Source: a virus (lineage: Duplodnaviria > Caudoviricetes). From it: a stretch of 64,000 nt of DNA. The stretch spans positions 29,687 to 93,686 of the IMG/VR virus record IMGVR_UViG_2706795940_000001; one strand, given 5' to 3'. Within the stretch, counting starts at the first letter, position 1, and each line of letters starts with the position of its first letter. The notes under the pieces are model-generated. The model searched no databases and was not told the origin of the DNA. It saw only the letters and a program-made list of their open reading frames with translations. Position numbers and translations under genes: made by a program. Of the stretch, positions 62,178 through 64,000 are shown one piece after another.

Positions 62178-62711
62178 TCAAGCGTTGACAGAGGTACCCA
62201 ATTTCATGGCTGCCAACACAACCTCATTCTGGACAGCCTTGGGCACGTTGGTACTCATCCACCGCTGCCAGTCGGCAGGGTCACGATTGACCAATTGGGC
62301 AGCAAACCCATTGACCTGCCGCTCACGGTTCGCCACCGCGCGCCCCTTGTCGACGGTGGCAGTGTTGACCTTGACCACCTTGGGCTTGGCCGGCCGCGAT
62401 TTGGGCAGACTGGTCCCACTGGACCGGACCTTGCGCCGGCGGATCTCACCCGTGTCGGCGTCGGTGGTCAGACCCATGCTGGACAGGTCACGACGCCGCA
62501 CATTGAACCCACCGGGCGTCTGGACCACGTTGCCCTGGTCATAGAGGTACCCGCGTTCCCTGTCGGTCAGATTCGACCATGGTGCCGCACCCTCACGATA
62601 CTGCTGACGTGAGGTGCGAACCGAGTTTCGTGCCGTGACCCGCGGGTCCGCGGGCCCACTCGGTCCCCAAAAGTCGCCATGCGGCAGGGGAGCTTTCTCA
62701 AACCTGTCCAT
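62178..62711 (-). CDS. Hypothetical basic protein, 177 aa
   Basis: RBS GAAAGG; follows promoter 62745-62773. Confidence 0.65.
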   Translation of the reverse strand: MDRFEKAPLPHGDFWGPSGPADPRVTARNSVRTSRQQYREGAAPWSNLTDRERGYLYDQGNVVQTPGGFNVRRRDLSSMGLTTDADTGEIRRRKVRSSGTSLPKSRPAKPKVVKVNTATVDKGRAVANRERQVNGFAAQLVNRDPADWQRWMSTNVPKAVQNEVVLAAMKLGTSVNA

Positions 62712-62780
62712 CGGATCGAACCTTTCATTTCGCCGTTGCCATTAAGTCTACCAGAGTAATCGGTGGAAGTCAAACCTTGG

Positions 62781-62920
62781 TGACTCGGAGTTTGCACGCG
62801 TGGCAGTGACTCTCGGAATCTAGGTTCGACTGTGAGCACTGCCCACAGGTCGCCACAATTCTGGTTCGCGCAATACTCCCATTGAAGGGTAGGGCCCGAA
62901 TGTCCCGGTATTGCCTGGTA
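62781..62920 (-). ncRNA. Structured RNA Y (module A plus module B)
   Basis: Own promoter, no credible ORF, two covarying modules. Confidence 0.65.
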
Positions 62921-62951
62921 GTGCAAGCCTACCAAAGGTAGGTGGTGGAAG

Positions 62952-63128
62952 TCAAGCCGTGAGCTTGACCAGGCTCACCCAACCCTGCCGACGGTGGCGC
63001 CCATTGTCGGAGTAGGGCAGATCACCGACTGGAGTGCCATCCAATCGGACGCCATCCCATGCCCGGGCGATACGTCGCAGATTGGGAGTGTCATCATCGA
63101 TCGGAGTGAGGATGCAGTGACGCGCCAT
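62952..63128 (-). CDS. 58-aa micro-protein, paralog 2 (MARH...GRHRR...VSLVKLTA)
   Basis: RBS GAAAGG; stop overlaps the next -35; homologous to 61775-61951. Confidence 0.8.
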   Translation of the reverse strand: MARHCILTPIDDDTPNLRRIARAWDGVRLDGTPVGDLPYSDNGRHRRQGWVSLVKLTA

Positions 63129-63166
63129 TGTTCTAGCCTTTCAATCGGTTCGTTTTTCAGAGAGTG

Positions 63167-63210
63167 GCAACACTCCGATTGAACGGTAGGGCCCAATGTC
63201 CCGGTATTGC
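63167..63210 (-). ncRNA. Module A copy 2 in a 5' leader
   Basis: GCAATAC/GTGTTGC closing stem, CCG-TTCAAT-CGG hairpin. Confidence 0.55.
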
Positions 63211-63247
63211 CTGGTAGGTAAACCCTACCAAAGGTAGGTGGTGGAAG

Positions 63248-63493
63248 TCAAGCGCTAAACGCGCGTCGGTCATCTTCCAAGTCTGCGCACGTATCACAGA
63301 ACGCCCTGCACTTGGGCGCACTGTCATGCACGTAGCAGATACGGGCAGGATCGTATGGGCGCACAATTGTCCCATTGGATCGGGCATTGAATGAGATTTG
63401 TGCATCCAATGTCATCCACAGGTCACTGCCCATGCCTTGGGTAGTGACGTCACCCGTTGCCATGTCGATTAGCATGACGCGTTCGGTTTGCAT
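63248..63493 (-). CDS. Hypothetical protein, 81 aa, Cys-rich C-terminus
   Basis: RBS GAAAGG; follows promoter 63522-63550; stop overlaps the next -35. Confidence 0.65.
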   Translation of the reverse strand: MQTERVMLIDMATGDVTTQGMGSDLWMTLDAQISFNARSNGTIVRPYDPARICYVHDSAPKCRAFCDTCADLEDDRRAFSA

Positions 63494-63746
63494 CGTGGGC
63501 CCTTTCGTCGGTGTCCCTGTGACCCTACCAAGGTAATCGGTGGGAGTCAACCCGTGGGTTGGGTGGGAGTCGGTGGGTGGCATGACTCCGACGGTACCAA
63601 GGTGGGCGGTGGGAGTCAACCCGTGCGCCGCGCCCGCTGTCGTCGAAGTCATGCCCGTAGGCTACCAGGCGTCGGCCGGCTTAGGGAAGCCTAACCCGTG
63701 ACAACGTTGGTTGGCACGGTTCGGGCAGTGTCGCCGGGCGCGCGGC

Positions 63747-63838
63747 CGCGCCCGCCCACGCGCGCCCGCCCACGCGCGCCCGCCCACGCGCGCCCGCCCA
63801 CGCGCGCCCGCCCACGCGCGCCCGCCCACGCGCGCCCG
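63747..63838. repeat. 14-bp tandem repeat CGCGCCCGCCCACG x6.5
   Basis: Read directly. Confidence 0.95.
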
Positions 63839-63846
63839 GGCAGCCG

Positions 63847-63963
63847 ACCGAACGCTCGCTCGGTCCCAACCGAACGCTCGCTCGGTGAACCGCCGTTAGC
63901 CTACGCGAAACCGCTGGTCAAGGCCCCGACCGAGCGGTCGTTCGGTGCAAAACCGCAGGTCAA
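63847..63963. repeat. Short direct and inverted repeats near the probable genome end
   Basis: ACCGAACGCTCGCTCGGT at 63847 and 63869, inverted variant at 63929; AAACCGCWGGTCAA at 63908 and 63950. Confidence 0.8.
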
Positions 63964-64000
63964 CCCCCCCGCCGGCCCCCGGCGCCGGCGCGCGACGCTC

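Larger units (their letters stand above)
61999..63619 (-). promoter_or_regulatory. Six tandem leftward SigA promoters (61999-62027, 62745-62773, 62926-62955, 63222-63251, 63522-63550, 63591-63619)
   Basis: Each reads TTGACT-YCCACC...TGG-TANNNT with a 17-18 bp spacer. Confidence 0.85.

Noticed and set aside
61999-63619. CRISPR array
   Set aside because: Repeats are promoter-shaped, irregularly spaced (70-750 bp) and separated by ORFs; no cas genes
63681-63899. ORFs spanning the 14-bp repeat
   Set aside because: Low-complexity translations of the tandem repeat with no RBS

Overview
The window is the middle-to-right part of a GC-rich temperate actinobacteriophage genome, a siphovirus of the Gordonia/Rhodococcus/Mycobacterium type (host and cluster cannot be fixed from sequence alone). 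In order it contains: the end of the tape measure gene and minor tail genes; a split lysin A cassette with holin; more tail and fibre genes; reverse-strand Lsr2; an accessory operon (XseA/XseB, metallophosphoesterase, RtcB, a putative 2OG-Fe(II) oxygenase); attP, tyrosine integrase and repressor; RecE/RecT and ThyX; a replication initiator with internal repeats; MazG, vWA and SLOG genes; primase-helicase, NrdH, SSB, WhiB and endonuclease VII; a nucleotide-metabolism cluster; a secreted cutinase-like cassette; and about 11 kb of leftward small genes ending in GC-rich repeats. The most unusual signals are five. (1) At 62.0-63.3 kb, modular structured RNAs sit among tandem SigA-type promoters. 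The modules are duplicated, show compensatory base changes and include tRNA-like T-loop modules. (2) Three micro-ORFs missed by the ORF track carry a TerD-like V[SN]L[VT]K motif that is also present in the phage vWA protein. (3) A promoter-driven, roughly 280-nt, heavily base-paired non-coding segment lies between recE and recT. (4) The two endolysin genes share a 26-aa motif, and one has an internal in-frame start, suggesting a hetero-oligomeric lysin. (5) A TGTCTA/TAGACA operator-like motif recurs across the window. All calls come from manual reading; no searches were run.
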